The translations under genes and the position numbers were made by a program. A stretch of DNA of 64,000 nucleotides, taken from Lama guanicoe. Taxonomy: Eukaryota. Shown here piece after piece: positions 24,115-37,030 of this stretch. The stretch is from the NCBI GenBank assembly GCA_013239625.1, contig MU053661.1:1-64000 (forward strand), given 5' to 3'. Each line of letters begins with the position of its first letter. The first letter of the stretch is position 1. The notes below the pieces were generated by a model that worked only from the letters and a program-made list of their open reading frames with translations, searched no databases and was not told the DNA's origin.

Positions 24115-24214
24115 NNNNNNNNNNNNNNNNNNNNNNNNNNNNNNNNNNNNNNNNNNNNNNNNNNNNNNNNNNNNNNNNNNNNNNNNNNNNNNNNNNNNNN
24201 NNNNNNNNNNNNNN
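24115..24214. other. Assembly gap (100 N)
   Basis: Run of N. Confidence 1.
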
Positions 24215-26509
24215 CTGATGACTCGGGCTCAGATCCCTTCAGCCACCATGGCCCTCACTGTGGCACTGAGACAGTAGTTGCACTGCCGGTGGCTGCGTGT
24301 TTCAAACCTGTTGGCATTTTGAGCTCCTGTTTATTTGATTACCAGGTAGCTTTTGCCGTGGACAAATATTTTCCCCTCAGTGGAATGTTTTCCCCTCTTA
24401 ATATTTGTTTTACTTAAATAAATTTTAATGCCCAGGCAGAAAAGTGTGTGTGCACATATGCGCACACACACAGATCCACACAGATCTGTTTTTTAAAGGC
24501 TACCTAAGTATAGTCCTCCTCCTCCTTTTCCCCCGTCTTGTCAATTAAATGTGGGCATTAGCCCTGGCTTTTTTGCCCAACACACCCCCTTTTCTCACTA
24601 TGCTCCTTTTAGTCACTGTTCAAATCCCTCTTAAGCCAGGTTACAGCCTTCTCTGTGTTGCCTCAACTAGTTTCTCCCAACTGCTCTGCTGTTCTTCTTT
24701 CTTTTGGTTGATTTCTCTTCTCCCATTTGCCATGTACGTGGCCCTTTTCCCCAAGGCCTCGTCTTCAATCTTCCGCCTGGCAGGACTGAATCACCCCCAC
24801 GGCCTCACCCACAGCTCCTCTGAGCTTCCTGACTGCTGAATCCAGTTTAACAACGGACATCACCCCTTAGAAGTCCCATAGACACTTTGCACTCAAAATG
24901 CCACACACAAAACCATCTCCTCGAAACCAGCTCCTCCCCTTACACTCCCCCTGCAGATCCGCTCTCCGGATGGGTCACTGGAAAGACACCTCAGCAGCTC
25001 TGTGGCCTGCCGCCCCGGCCCTGCAGTCCCCTCTGCAGCAGTCACCACTTCTGCCGCCCATGTCTCTCTCCCTCTGCCCAGGGCCTCTCTGCAGGCATGT
25101 GCCACTTGTTGTCTGGGTTACCTGGGGTGGTCCCCGAAATATCCTTTCTGCCCCAAATATGGGCCTCCACCCAAAAATAGTATCTTCCATTCTGCTGCCA
25201 GAATAACCAGATCTTCTTCAACATAATCTTTATGCAATTCTCTTGCTTATAAATATTCGAATATATCCCTGTTTCTTTAAGGATACAGTCAAGTCTAAGC
25301 ACATAAGACCCATCGTGACAGAGGCCTTGTGCACCAGATACTCCCACCTTGGATACTTTCTAGCCCTAATTGTTGTTGTTCTTCAGTCTGGCCAAGCCGC
25401 TTCATGCCGTGTAGTCTTTTATGCCTCTACCTCTTTGCATGAAGTGTCCACTCCCTCTACCACACAAAAGACATCTAACTTCCTTTCACCTTTCAAGATT
25501 CAGTTCAAATATTTCCAGATCTAGGAAGTCCAATTTGTGTTCACCTGCTTAGCAATCCATCAACTACTCGCCAAGTCTCGCCTGGCGTGGGGAGTGCAGA
25601 CACCAAGTCTTTCCTTTCTTGGTCTCCCCAGCAGTTGATACAGCGTTTGGCATAGCAGGTGCTCAGTGTTTGTTGGATAGATAAACGAATGAATCGGTAA
25701 ATATATGAGAGGTCTACAATCCCCCCCAGTTACTCAGCTGCCTATTTGGGAAGTTCATTCTGCGGAGTTAAGGAAATGTCAGTGCAGGTGGTGGGCAGAC
25801 AGAACAGAGGTGAGGGCGTGTGGGAGACAGGCTTGGTCCTGGAGAGCGCAGGAGAGGCGTAGGGGGGACAGCAGTGGAGAGAGAGGGAATGGAGGGGGCG
25901 GGTGCAAGGAGATGTTGAAGAACAACTGTTATTAACTGAAGAAAATTAAATGGAGAACATAATATATGAAGGGAAGATCAAGTTAACACAGCAAGGGTGG
26001 AAAAGGCAGTACCAGAGACAAAGAGCTCTCACTTCATCACTCACTGCATTTCACTTATGGCACCCGCCCTCTGGGAAGGCAGCGCCAATTTCTTGAGAGA
26101 CTGGTGTTTGTGCTTTGGGTGCTCTAAGTACAAAACGGTATCTTATGGCTTCCAGATTTAAAGACTGATAGATTATTTCTCTTATGTCCCATGTCTGAGC
26201 TCTCAGACAGCAGGATCTTTCACTGGTGGGGGGAGAGCTATTGTGGTTAACAACTCAGGGTTACTCTAATAATCTAAAAAGGACAGTGGGGAATTCACTA
26301 AAACAAATAAAAAAGAAATTTCACCCAGAAAAAAATATATGCCATATAGAATATTGTGGGGGCCTTGGGGGCAATGTTACTGCCAACTCATCTAACAGCT
26401 GTATGTGAGTGTGTTGAAACTCCAAGCTCAAGTCACTTAAACACGTAGGAGACCCAGGGTCCAGGCTGTGGTGCTCCAGACATGGACAGGAAGATGAAAA
26501 GCCTGACTA

Positions 26510-26728
26510 NNNNNNNNNNNNNNNNNNNNNNNNNNNNNNNNNNNNNNNNNNNNNNNNNNNNNNNNNNNNNNNNNNNNNNNNNNNNNNNNNNNNNNNNNNN
26601 NNNNNNNNNNNNNNNNNNNNNNNNNNNNNNNNNNNNNNNNNNNNNNNNNNNNNNNNNNNNNNNNNNNNNNNNNNNNNNNNNNNNNNNNNNNNNNNNNNNN
26701 NNNNNNNNNNNNNNNNNNNNNNNNNNNN
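26510..26728. other. Assembly gap
   Basis: Run of N. Confidence 1.
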
Positions 26729-28473
26729 GGCCTAACGAGCACGGGTGGAGGGCTCCAGGGTCATCTGTCAGAAGCTGTTCCCCTTCAGCAGCTAAGAGGC
26801 ATAACTAAAAAGACAGGTGGAGTGTCATTAATGATCATGGGGAAAACTGGTAGGAGGAAACTGAGGTCAGGAGATCACCACCAAAGGCAATTTATTTTAG
26901 AGGAACAAAAATAATTCAAAATGCACGTGGAAATTCTATCTCCCATGAATGAAAAGAACACAAAATAAGTTTCACTCCAGCGTTGAATACAGAATAACAG
27001 ATTGCCTACTCTCAGAAATGGATTGAATTTTCTAATTCATTAGGGATAATTTAGATAATAGGAAAATGAATAAATCTGAAAAATCTCTCTAGAATAGCTG
27101 TTACTCCATCCAGTTATATAGGGTAGAGTTAGACTGAATTATTTAATTGGTATTTTAATGAGACTTTAAAGTTCTAAAAGTCCTATCAATTTCTCCCAAA
27201 AGCGTACAACTTTTCCTTTCAATGGCCTTTATTTGACTTAATTAGAACAATAACTTTTTTTCAAGGCTTTCTTCGTGTGTGTTAAAATACCAAATGATAT
27301 GCTGCCCTCAGAATGTTGTTGTTATTATTAATGCTGAAAATAACCCCAATAAGACATATTTACATTTATGCTTCATTTTGGAATAACAGGTCATTGGCTT
27401 AAAGTCCTTTTGGAAATAAGCAGAATAAACGAACATAATTTCTACACCAGGGACAGCAGCTGCACCCTTAATGGAACCTGGTCACTAAATAAAACAAAAG
27501 CAAAGATGAAACTCAAATCAGACACCAGGCCACAAAGCATAGCTGACTGAAGTTGCCACAAGATGAGCTTTCACTCACCGAGGGAACCAGATGTGTTTCC
27601 ATATATAATACATATTTTCAAAACCAATTATTTTATACATAGAATGTAATTTAGGAAAAAGAATACTCCCTCTATCTGTAGACTTATAAACAAGAAGCAC
27701 AAAAATGTGCCTTTACAGACATGAAACTGCATGCATAAATGCAAAGCCTATTGACCAAAATCCTTTCCTGTTTCCTAAGACAACTGAGATCTCAAAATCA
27801 AGTTCAACCAAAGAGAAACAGAGCCCAAGCAAATGTACAGAAATGGACAAAGACATTGGAGAAGGAGAGGATCTGTGTTCTACCGATACTCCAGATCAGC
27901 AAATCCATCGTGAATTCAAGCCAGTGATGTGCCATGAGGTCACACAAGGAACCAGGCAGAAACGATCGGTCAGAAGAAATAAGAACAATGTGAAAGGCAG
28001 GTGTGACATGTGGAAGGGGTGACCCTGTGAACCTTGCTGTCATGAGGCAGCATGCTCTTGTGGGCTTTCTACACAGGCTGGCTGGCTCACATGTCTCTGT
28101 TTAGAAGGATATCAGCCAACAGCTGTGCCAGACGGGCTACAGCCCGAGCTGAGTCACATCTAGTAACGGTTCTGAGTTCATCCTTAGACGACATGACCAG
28201 AAGGATCTGAGAATCAATGGTGGAGACATATCTGAATAAGTATTCCATTTCATTCCTTGGCAGTAAATCTTCAGCTTTGTACAACATAAATATTGACAAA
28301 GATACCCACAGGCACCCTATTTGAAAGCCTGACTGCATAATTGCATCTAATGTAGAAAAGCGGGCTCAGTTTCGGGATGCTAGGTCATTGTTTGGCTCAG
28401 TAGCCGATGCTTTTGAGACCCAAAGCATACTCTAGTATAACCGACAACACAGAAATCTCCACTGATGACTTAC

Positions 28474-28597
28474 TCATTTCAGGGTATTCATATAATAACC
28501 CCAGTTTGCCCATGGGATACAGACGGTTGTCCCCTTCCCATCGTGAGGTGGTCTGCTCTGCTCCCGAAACTGTGGCACCATTAGATTCATGACCCAT
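28474..28597 (-). pseudogene. ANO6: ANO6 exon 16 pseudo-exon (124 bp, frameshifting deletion)
   Basis: tttgacAG|atgggtcatgaatcta...gaaatga|GTaagt. WVMNL then, after a frameshift, TVSGAEQTTSRWEGDNRLYPMGKLGLLYEYPEM versus ANO6 WIMNLIGRFHRVSGSEKITPRWEQDYHLQPMGKLGLFYEYLEM. Confidence 0.93.
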
Positions 28598-28939
28598 CTG
28601 TCAAACAGATCAAATTATAAAGCAGGATATTATCAGACCAAAGTCATAAATGTATTACTGACATTTGAAGCTGAACACATCATCTTCCCAAGAATTTAAT
28701 TTCTTGTTTTCAGGATATATTTCTTTTTATTGCTGCCTCCCCACCCTCAAATATTGTGAAAACTAGTCCTGACTGTGTACCTTGGGTTTACCAAAATTGT
28801 AATGACTACTACTACTTTATCCCCTACCTCCTTTTCAGGTGAGCATTTTAGCTTTTAGAAGATGCCATCCCTCATTTGTCTTTTTTACTCCCATTTCTCT
28901 GCTATTATCTACCATGGCCTTTCCAGTCTGAAAATCGTC

Positions 28940-29280
28940 AGAGAAAATAAGTAAAAGAAAGAAATATAGGGTGTGTGAGCTGGTGATAAGTGCTGTGGAG
29001 GAAAATAAAGGAGGGCGAGGAATGTGTGTTAGGGAGGAGTGGGGCTGGGGCAGTGACCTTTGAATAAGTCAAAGACGGAGGCAAAGTTGTGGGCAGACTA
29101 GGGGCAGAGGGAACAGTGATCACAGGCCTGGAGGGCCCTCACGCTGGGCAGACAGCATGGAGACTGGTGTGGGCCACAGTGAATAGGAAATAAGTGGTGA
29201 TTTTGGGGGTGGAGCCTTAGAGGCTGCCGTGAGGATGTGGGCATTTTTCCCTCAAACCGAGCAAAAAAGTGATACTCTAA
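28940..29280 (-). mobile_element. Degenerate L2 fragment
   Basis: ggtgataagtgctgtggaggaaaataaag...cagagggaacagtgatcacaggcctggag resembles antisense L2. Confidence 0.55.
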
Positions 29281-30454
29281 CGTTGGATCAAACAGGTCCA
29301 AAACCCTAATTTAAGCTGAACAAATCAAGGACCAAAGAAGTGACATGCCACCTCAAATTCAGTGCAGAGCTTGGAAGAAACACAGCCTCGACTCGCCGCC
29401 CAGTGCTCTGCCCCCTTCTGGATGCTGTCCCACAAATCTGTCTCTAAGGTTATGTTTTTTCCTCACTCAGAGGCTTGTGGGCCAACTGAATGCTTCCCCC
29501 TTTTTCAAAAGGCAATTTGTCCTGAAAGGAAATCAGTTGGCAGTGAAACAAGGCATGGACCTGTAGCCTACAGAGCTGTTGTCCCTGAAAGCAAGAGCTG
29601 GCACGTGGTTTACTCATGGAGTTCAGCAGAAGAGACAGAGCAACAACAGACAACTTAGCGTCTGGCTGAGCTTCGGCTGACTGCACTGCACGTTTGGATG
29701 GATTTGTAATTTGGACAGTGAGACGGCTTCACACGAAAGGCAGGTGTATACATCATACATGCCCACAAGTCTGTATGCACACACACGTGGACACACACAG
29801 AGTACATTATGTGACTTGTAAAGATCTGACAATGCTAGGTTTCCCACTTCCTCTGATCTCAGAGTTAAACTTTTACTGGCCATGCTCCCAGGTTTGCTAC
29901 GATATTTCTTTGCAATGGAACATGCCCTTCGCTTCACAAACTTTCCCCACCTCTTTCAATAACATTAGGGGAAGAGCAGGGAGCTCTGGGAATTGTGGGG
30001 ATATTGACTCGAGATTACCCTGAATCTGAATCTACACTTCATGACTTTTTGTTATTTATCTTTATTTATATTCCAAATTCAATTGTTGCAGTTCTCAGAC
30101 GATGATTTACACTCACTGCTATGGCAGAATATTGCGGTTAGTAGACCTACCACTGGATACTTTTAATCAACACGTTCTTCCAATTATTCAGATATTACTG
30201 TATCATAAATGCCCACTTCTATATTTTGATATCTGCTCTTCAGTATAATTATCTTCCTTCTTTATTCTCTTAGTCTGATGATTTTAAAACATTTTTCTGA
30301 GAAGTGGTCCACAGGCTCTTTACTTATAGAAAGTTGATAAAGAGATCCTGGAGATCTAAACCACATTTAAATCCTGAGATAAACTCAACTGTGTCATACA
30401 CATGGCTAGGTTTAGTTTGCTTATTTTGTTACTTTGTTTAGTAATTTTTGTTTC

Positions 30455-30529
30455 AAACAACAAGATCCTACTCTATAACACAGGGAACTACATACTTTTA
30501 ATAGCCTATAGTGGAAAAGAATATGACAT

Positions 30530-30566
<37 letters not shown>

Positions 30567-30630
30567 GAATCACTATGCTGTACACCAAGAATTAACACAA
30601 TATTGTAAACCAACTATACTTTCAACAAAC
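30455..30630 (+). mobile_element. Cetartiodactyl L1 3' end fragment with internal (TA)n
   Basis: aacaacaagatcctactctataacacagggaacta...gaatcactatgctgtacaccaagaattaacacaatattgtaaaccaactatactt. Confidence 0.85.
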
Positions 30631-32384
30631 ATAATTGAAATAAAATTGGGAGATGAAACTTCGACCGCCCAGGCTGCTGTCAGGATGAAACGATTCAAAG
30701 CAGGCCAGGTATTAGCAACCTCCCAACACATAAAAGCCACATGTGGGATCCTCCTTTTGAGCAGCACAGGCTAACCGGCTGTGGTCACCTCTAAATAGGG
30801 TTGAAGTCACTTAGGATCACCGTGACCACAGGTGTGGGGGTCACTGCAGCACCTACGAGAATGACGGGGCCAGCCTGCTGCTGAAGCTGCTCCCCAGGCT
30901 GCAGCCCGGAGCGCTGCAGGCAGGTCTGAGGTCCGGCCGGGGGCGTGCAGCTCTACAGCCCCTCAGAGCCCTGCAGTGTGGGTGGCGGTGGGACCGCGCT
31001 CGGCCATCACCCTTCCTGGCACCCAGACTCGGGAGACTCCTGGGGGAATTTTTCTCTGCCTCATACTTCCTGTCTCAGCCTCTTGTGGAATCCGGTCCAT
31101 GCCACTGGGAAGCAGGGCTTTTACCTCCCTGGACCCAAATCCATCAAGGTATGGATCCAGGATGAAACTTCCATGATAACTCACCTGGTGCTCCCTTCTT
31201 GTGCTGAACTGCCCTCCCCCGTCAGTGGCATTAGGTCGTAATAGAAGTCCCTACTTGCTTGTCCTTAGCTAAGACTCTGAGCCTCTTGCTCAGTCTTCCT
31301 GAGTGTAACCACTCTTCTGCGGCAGAAAAGCTTGGGCTGTCGTCTACCCATCATTGTCCTCGGTCTTTTGGGTTTTCTGTTGGGTTATGGTTCTCACGCA
31401 GGGATATGAATTTGCACATGAGAAGCACCTGTAGACATTTTAAAAAATACAGACACTAGATCCTCCCCCCTCTCCAGCCAAGGCTGGAAGCTTTCTCCCT
31501 CTAGCTGTGGTTGCACAATCATTTGCTTGGGAATTGACCACACATATTGGCATATTCATAGGAAATTGCCCTTTACTCAATGCTTGCCACATGGCATTTT
31601 CTACTTCATGTTGTCTTTGTACCTTCATTATCACATCTAATCCCTGCATTATGGATTATCACCATTACTGTAGAGGACACTCCCACTTGTTAATCTTGAA
31701 TACAAGTATCTTTGATTCTCTTAATCTATTTCATTCCTGAGTTTCCTGTTCCTGAATTAAAATAGTGAATTATGGACACATGTATTTAAGATTCTCTTAT
31801 TATATGTATCTGATTCATCCTCTAACCAAATCATATCTGGAAAAGAGATATTTTTTTCTTTTAAACATTTGCTTTTCCTTATTATATAGTAGTGGATAAA
31901 CACAGTGGAAAATGTAGAAAACATATAAAGTAAGAAAATTACAGCCATAAATTATCTAAACTCCAAAGGAATATGCTATGTCATTTTGGGCATTTAACTA
32001 TTTTTCTTAATATTTTATCATAAAATTTCCCTAGGGCAAATTGCTTAACCCTGGAATTGTACTAGCCTTTTGTCAAGTACAGAATAACATTCCCAGAAAT
32101 GACCCAATATCAAAAGAGTATGTGAGGCTGAGAAGGCCACAGGGCTCTCAGCTTATTCTCTGAGTCCTACAAAGAATGCTGCTAATTCACTGATGTCACG
32201 CATTCGATGCCTGTGAGTCGCTCACTCAGCTGGCACGGACTGAGACCTACTTTATACCAGGTGCCGATTCACGTGCTGGGGAGAACCCAGAGGGAGCCTG
32301 AATCACAGCATCACTGTCTTCTTCATTTTCTCCCGGAATCCTACTCAAGAAGACACAGAGTCAGAGACACTCAACCACGCTGAT

Positions 32385-32632
32385 CTTGAGAGAGAGAATA
32401 GAGGTCACTGGCCAAGAGATGCTGGTGGCCTCTGGAAGCCAGAAAAGTCGAAGATACACATTCCCCTGAGGCCTTCAGAAACAGCCCTGCCAATACATTG
32501 ACTTCAGCAGGCTTCTGCATTCAAGAACCCTACGAGGTTAAATTTGTGATGTTCAGTGGAGACTTTTCTTTCTTCTTCCTACTACCATGACATTTGGGGA
32601 TACTTGTTACAACAGCAACAGAAAGCGAATAC
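32385..32632 (+). mobile_element. MaLR (MLT1-like) LTR fragment
   Basis: gccaagagatgctggtggcctctggaagccagaaaag...cagccctgccaatacattgactt...ttgttacaacagcaacagaaagcgaataca, a typical MLT1 3' end. Confidence 0.75.
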
Positions 32633-32874
32633 AGTAAGCTCCTTGAAATGTTCAGAAATTGCAGATAACACTGGACTGTCCAATTTGATGTGCGATTGGG
32701 CTTGTGTGAAAATCAAAAGGACAGTGTGACCTTTGCTAACATGTGCTTTTCTCATTTTTAGGAAGAGAACAGTAAGTCAAAAGGTCTGTAGTAATTATTT
32801 TAGACAAGTGTCTCTTAAACATTATGTAACCCTGTGACTTAGGACCCCAAGAGAGTCTCTGTTCTTAGAAGAAC

Positions 32875-33105
32875 TTGGATTCAGAGAGATAGGGTCTTAC
32901 ATCTGAATCCCACAGTGGTCTCTTATTTACAATGAGAGCTTGGGCAAATCATTTACCCTCTTTAAGCCACAGGATCTTCATTTGCCAAAGGAAGATAAGA
33001 GTAAGGATTCTTTGGGTGATTAAATTGTACACGCACATGCACACACACATATATGTACAACATTTAATACAGTGACTTGCACATACTAGGCACTCAACAA
33101 ATTCC
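32875..33105 (+). mobile_element. MIR SINE
   Basis: ctttgggcaaatcatttaccctctttaagccacaggatcttcatttgccaaag core. Confidence 0.7.
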
Positions 33106-33461
33106 TGTTATGGATATTTAAATGCATGTATAATAGGAGGAGAAAGTTGTGGGAACTTGTGGGAAAACTTAGTTCACGGCCCCAAAAAGGGCCATCTCTC
33201 AAAGGGCTCTGATCAGTCAGTCCCCATTGATGGGCTAATAAACAGAAACTTTAGCACTTTGGGATTTAAGTTCAACATAAAAAGGAAGGTATTTAAGCAT
33301 AATTATTGAACAGCAAGTACGTTTACACTGTTGGCTGGATCACCTTTTCTGGAGAGATTTAATAAGCAGAGAGTCTCCCCAGTTTTAGAGATGGGCACAA
33401 AGGAAAATGATGTGGATGGGTGGGCCGTTCTCACCCCAGGATCACATGACTGAGTACTCAC

Positions 33462-33559
33462 GGAAGTAACACCTCTTGTATGTTATTCTAGATGGATTGT
33501 CCTCGCATGATTATTGTCAGCTGTGTCATCAGTTCAAGGAGACAGCCACCTGGGTCACA
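33462..33559 (-). pseudogene. ANO6: ANO6 exon 15 pseudo-exon (98 bp, in-frame stop)
   Basis: ttccAG|tgtgacccaggt...ttacttcc|GTgagt. [32 protein letters not shown] versus [33 protein letters not shown] (TGG>TAG). Confidence 0.96.
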
Positions 33560-33734
33560 CTGGAATATTAGAAAGAAAATCTCATTTAAATTTTAGAAAG
33601 CTCTAACATAAAATAAAGTCATTATTTTATGCCTAAAATTTCTAAGGGACAGAGAGTAAAGACACTCTTCATTGGGCAACTAAGAGAAGACATGAAACAC
33701 GTTAGACTGTCAGAACACAAAGCTGTTTTCACAG

Positions 33735-33903
33735 CTCTTCATTTCTGTATTTTCACAGCCAATACACCAGACCTCCTGGATAAGTCACAAATCTGCCCTT
33801 AAAGAATATGTTGTAGAAATACGAGGAGTAGTAGTTCACAAATTGGAACAAGAACACATCCATGGCTAGGTTGTTCCCATAGTCACCCTGGTCCTTGGGA
33901 GCT
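33735..33903 (-). pseudogene. ANO6: ANO6 exon 14 pseudo-exon (169 bp; 1-bp deletion, stop, donor GT>CT)
   Basis: ctgcAG|agctcccaaggacc. LPR, frameshift, then QGDYGNNLAMDVFLFQFVNYYSSYFYNIFFKGRFVTYPGGLVYWL*KYRNEE followed by ctgtga instead of a GT donor. Confidence 0.95.
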
Positions 33904-34996
33904 CTGCAGCTAGAATAAAGAAAAGTTAAGTCTGAAAAACTGTGAACGGCTTTGAGACCCTAATCAAAGCCACGGACACATGAGTTAACACGCTAAATAT
34001 GTGTGTGTATATATATATATGTGCATATATATACATATATACACACACACAATTCACATTGTTTTCATTTAAGCTGTTTTGAATTCCTTAACATAGCTAC
34101 TATGTTAATTCTAAGTGTACTCACTGTTGTAAGAGTTTCTCCCACTATGAACGCAACATCCCACAAGACAAAAAAAAAAAAGTCAGCCGTTCTTTAAAAA
34201 TTTATAAGCACAACAATATCCAATGGGCAAGAACTGTCCTCTGTCAGGTGTAAGTTTACAGAAAGCTACTTTAAACATCTTGCTGAATGATAATATCTTG
34301 TCTCTCTGAACGGCAGTATGGTAAGACTATTGAAGAAAACAAACAAAACACGGGGCAACTTGCTAGAAGTATTTGGGGAACATACAACGGGTCAAACTCC
34401 TAGTTCAGAATTTGAATTTGTCTCAGTGTTTTCAGAAGATGACCACAGAGCAGACCACTGGGAGAACCACCCAGCCACATGCAGCGTGTGGGAAGCACTT
34501 AACTTGGGCCGCTTATCCGCTGGCTGGGATACAAGCCAGGGAGAAGAAACATTTATTATAGAAGCCACAGCTGATGAGAATGGAGCTACACTAACAGGAA
34601 CAGCATGAGGGGAAGACACATAACACCGTGATTATTTGTCCTCTCCATAACGCACAAGCAAATCTGCCTCTGGAACCAGAACCCTCTTCCACTTATTTGC
34701 AATACAGAGACTATTTACTTTCAACAATAGGGTACATGATCTAATGTAATTGAAATTATTATTAAGCACTGACCTGTTTACACAGAGCTTGGATATTCTA
34801 ATGCTTCCTTTGCCCCTTTCACTAATGCAAAGCTGGAGCTAATTCACTTCTCCCATAGGCTAGAGAAAATACGCTTACACTTGAAGTTTTCTAAAGACTG
34901 TAATGTACTGGAATTGAAGTGCATAAAAGATAGTCTCTGTTTTGACTTGGTTCTAAAACTGGTGTAGAAATGACCTCAGCTGCAGGAGGAGCTTAC

Positions 34997-35223
34997 CACA
35001 GTCAGTCATCATGATTGCCACTTTCTCATATATGGCGTTCAGGGTCACGATGATGATAACTCTGATGAGGGAAGCAGTGATGGGCATGGCCCGCCTGCAC
35101 AGTCAGGTACTTCTGGATTGGGTCTCTTCCATTCAGGTTCTTGGGAAGTTTTGCAGAATATACAATGAACACTGAAAGTCCGTAGGCAGTGATCCCAATA
35201 ACTGAAGCAATGTTCACCAGGAC
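34997..35223 (-). pseudogene. ANO6: ANO6 exon 13 pseudo-exon (227 bp, +1 frameshift)
   Basis: ttgtcAG|gtcctggtg...gactgtg|GTaag. VLVNIASVIGITAYGLSVFIVYSAKLPKNLNGRDPIQKYLTVQ, frameshift, then AMPITASLIRVIIIVTLNAIYEKVAIMMTD. Confidence 0.96.
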
Positions 35224-35439
35224 CTGACAACCCAAAAACCCAGCAGCATGAGACTCACTAATGATCGTAGTTTTACACAGAAAACTTGCCCCCAATCCAC
35301 GCTTACACAGACAACTTGCATGTGCTGTAAACCTCACATAAATGTGAGAAGTGATGTAAATCGCACATAAATGCCACAAGAGATGTGAATATCAAGCATC
35401 TTAAACTTTAGGGGAGGAGGAATGAAGGATGTCAAATAG

Positions 35440-35578
35440 AATGAGGGCATCCACTAATGTAACATGCTGACAGCAGGAGCAGCTGTGTGCAGGGCGTAGG
35501 GAACATATGGGAACTCCACTTTCTGTGAATTTTTCTGTAAACCTAAAACTGCAGTAAAGAAGGAAGCCTGTTAAGTAT
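35440..35578 (+). mobile_element. Old L1 (L1MC-like) 3' end fragment
   Basis: catatgggaactccactttctgtgaatttttctgtaaacctaaaactgc, an L1MC-type terminus. Confidence 0.65.
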
Positions 35579-36294
35579 ATCTTTAAATGGGTGAAAATGG
35601 AGTAACTTGTGGCATGTTCTTTTGGAGACAAGTCTTTGATAGCAGAACCAATGAAAGTATCCCTTCTACATATATAGAATTACTAAGGTTATGAACTAGT
35701 TGTAACCCATGAAGTGGATACGCTTCCTTTCAAGGGAGAACCTATCACTGATTCAGGGGTCAGCAGGTGCTAGCTGTCGTCTTCATTCTGAATAGGACCA
35801 GTGAGGCTGTGGACATGTCCTGAGGGAAATAGTGGAAGTGACAGCAGGTCTCTGCTGATGAAAGCTTCACATGCTTTTCATACTCCTTGAGATCTTAAAA
35901 TGGCAGGTATTCCTACTCCCTGCATTTGCACAAGATTCCTGTCCCTGATCCATTGTAGTTCTGACTGTGTGGACCCAAGGGCAGCAGGGGTGTCTGAAGC
36001 ATAATTTGCACGTGGCTGATAAGGTTTCAGTTCCTCACTAGGCAGGTTTTTTTCTGGCTACTGAAGAATGCACATTAAATATCCCATTTTTCAACTGTTT
36101 TCCTTCCATCTACCTTCTTGGTCATAGTCCAGAAGCATGTACTCTGTCCCTGGCTGCTCCTGCTGGCTGCCCCAGAGAGAAAGCTACAAAGAATGTGAAT
36201 TTCAAGACTAAGTGAACCACATGATGTTATTTACAGTAACAGCGGGCGGCTGGCTTGCACCTGCAGGGAAGAGCAGAGTTAGTGTTTACAAGCC

Positions 36295-36520
36295 CCTCTT
36301 GGAGCCACATTCCTGCATCTGGATCCCAGCTCCGATGCTAGCTGTGGGGCCTTGTGCAAATTTCTTAACCTCTAGGGGCTTCAATCTCCTCACCCATATA
36401 ATGGGGGGATAATAATAGCAATTTATAGGACTGTTGTGATGAGTCAATGATTTACTAATTGTGAAAACAATTGGAGCATTAACCACAGGCATGTGAAAAA
36501 CTCTACCTAAGTATTAGCTA
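36295..36520 (+). mobile_element. MIR SINE
   Basis: gctagctgtggggccttgtgcaaatttcttaacctctaggggcttcaatctcctcacccatataatggggg core. Confidence 0.75.
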
Positions 36521-36834
36521 TGAATATGGTGAGCACAGTCTTAAAAAGTTGTTTCTCTTAGTTTTTAAGCCATCAGTTTGTAGAGAAAACATTTTATTTC
36601 CTCCTCTACTCACTTTCATCATCCTTTTCTTCACAATTAAGGCTTCATGCTTGTGAAAGGAATAGCTTTTTGTGTGTGTGTGTGATTAAATGTGAAAATT
36701 AGTTAAGGCTGAGAAAAATGTATTATAGAAGGTATATTAAGCCTTCCTCTCTTGTACGGCACATATAGGCCATTTGAATAGTATGCATTTTTAAAATGTC
36801 TGCATAATAATTTTTTAATTATGTATTAAGTAAT

Positions 36835-37030
36835 CATAATAGTTAAGATTCCTTAAATGCTTACTATTGCTTCAGCACACACCTATTTTTCTAAATCCTC
36901 ACAATCACCCTGTGGGGAAGGTAATATTATATCTCTTTTACAGATGAGGAAGAAGAGCCACGTGGAAGTGATGCAATTTGCCCCAAATGAAGCAACTATT
37001 AAGTGAAAGTACTGAAATATTCAAAGAGCC
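36835..37030 (-). mobile_element. MIR SINE
   Basis: aatcctcacaatcaccctgtggggaaggta...tttacagatgaggaag antisense core. Confidence 0.7.

Larger units (their letters stand above)
16720..25513 (-). repeat. Right arm of the inverted duplication (the part matched within this window)
   Basis: Reverse complement of 1-~9000; contains a 100-N gap at 24115-24214. Confidence 0.97.

Noticed and set aside
30880..31030. CpG island or promoter
   Set aside because: Only ~150 bp of GC-rich sequence inside a pseudogene intron, with no other support.
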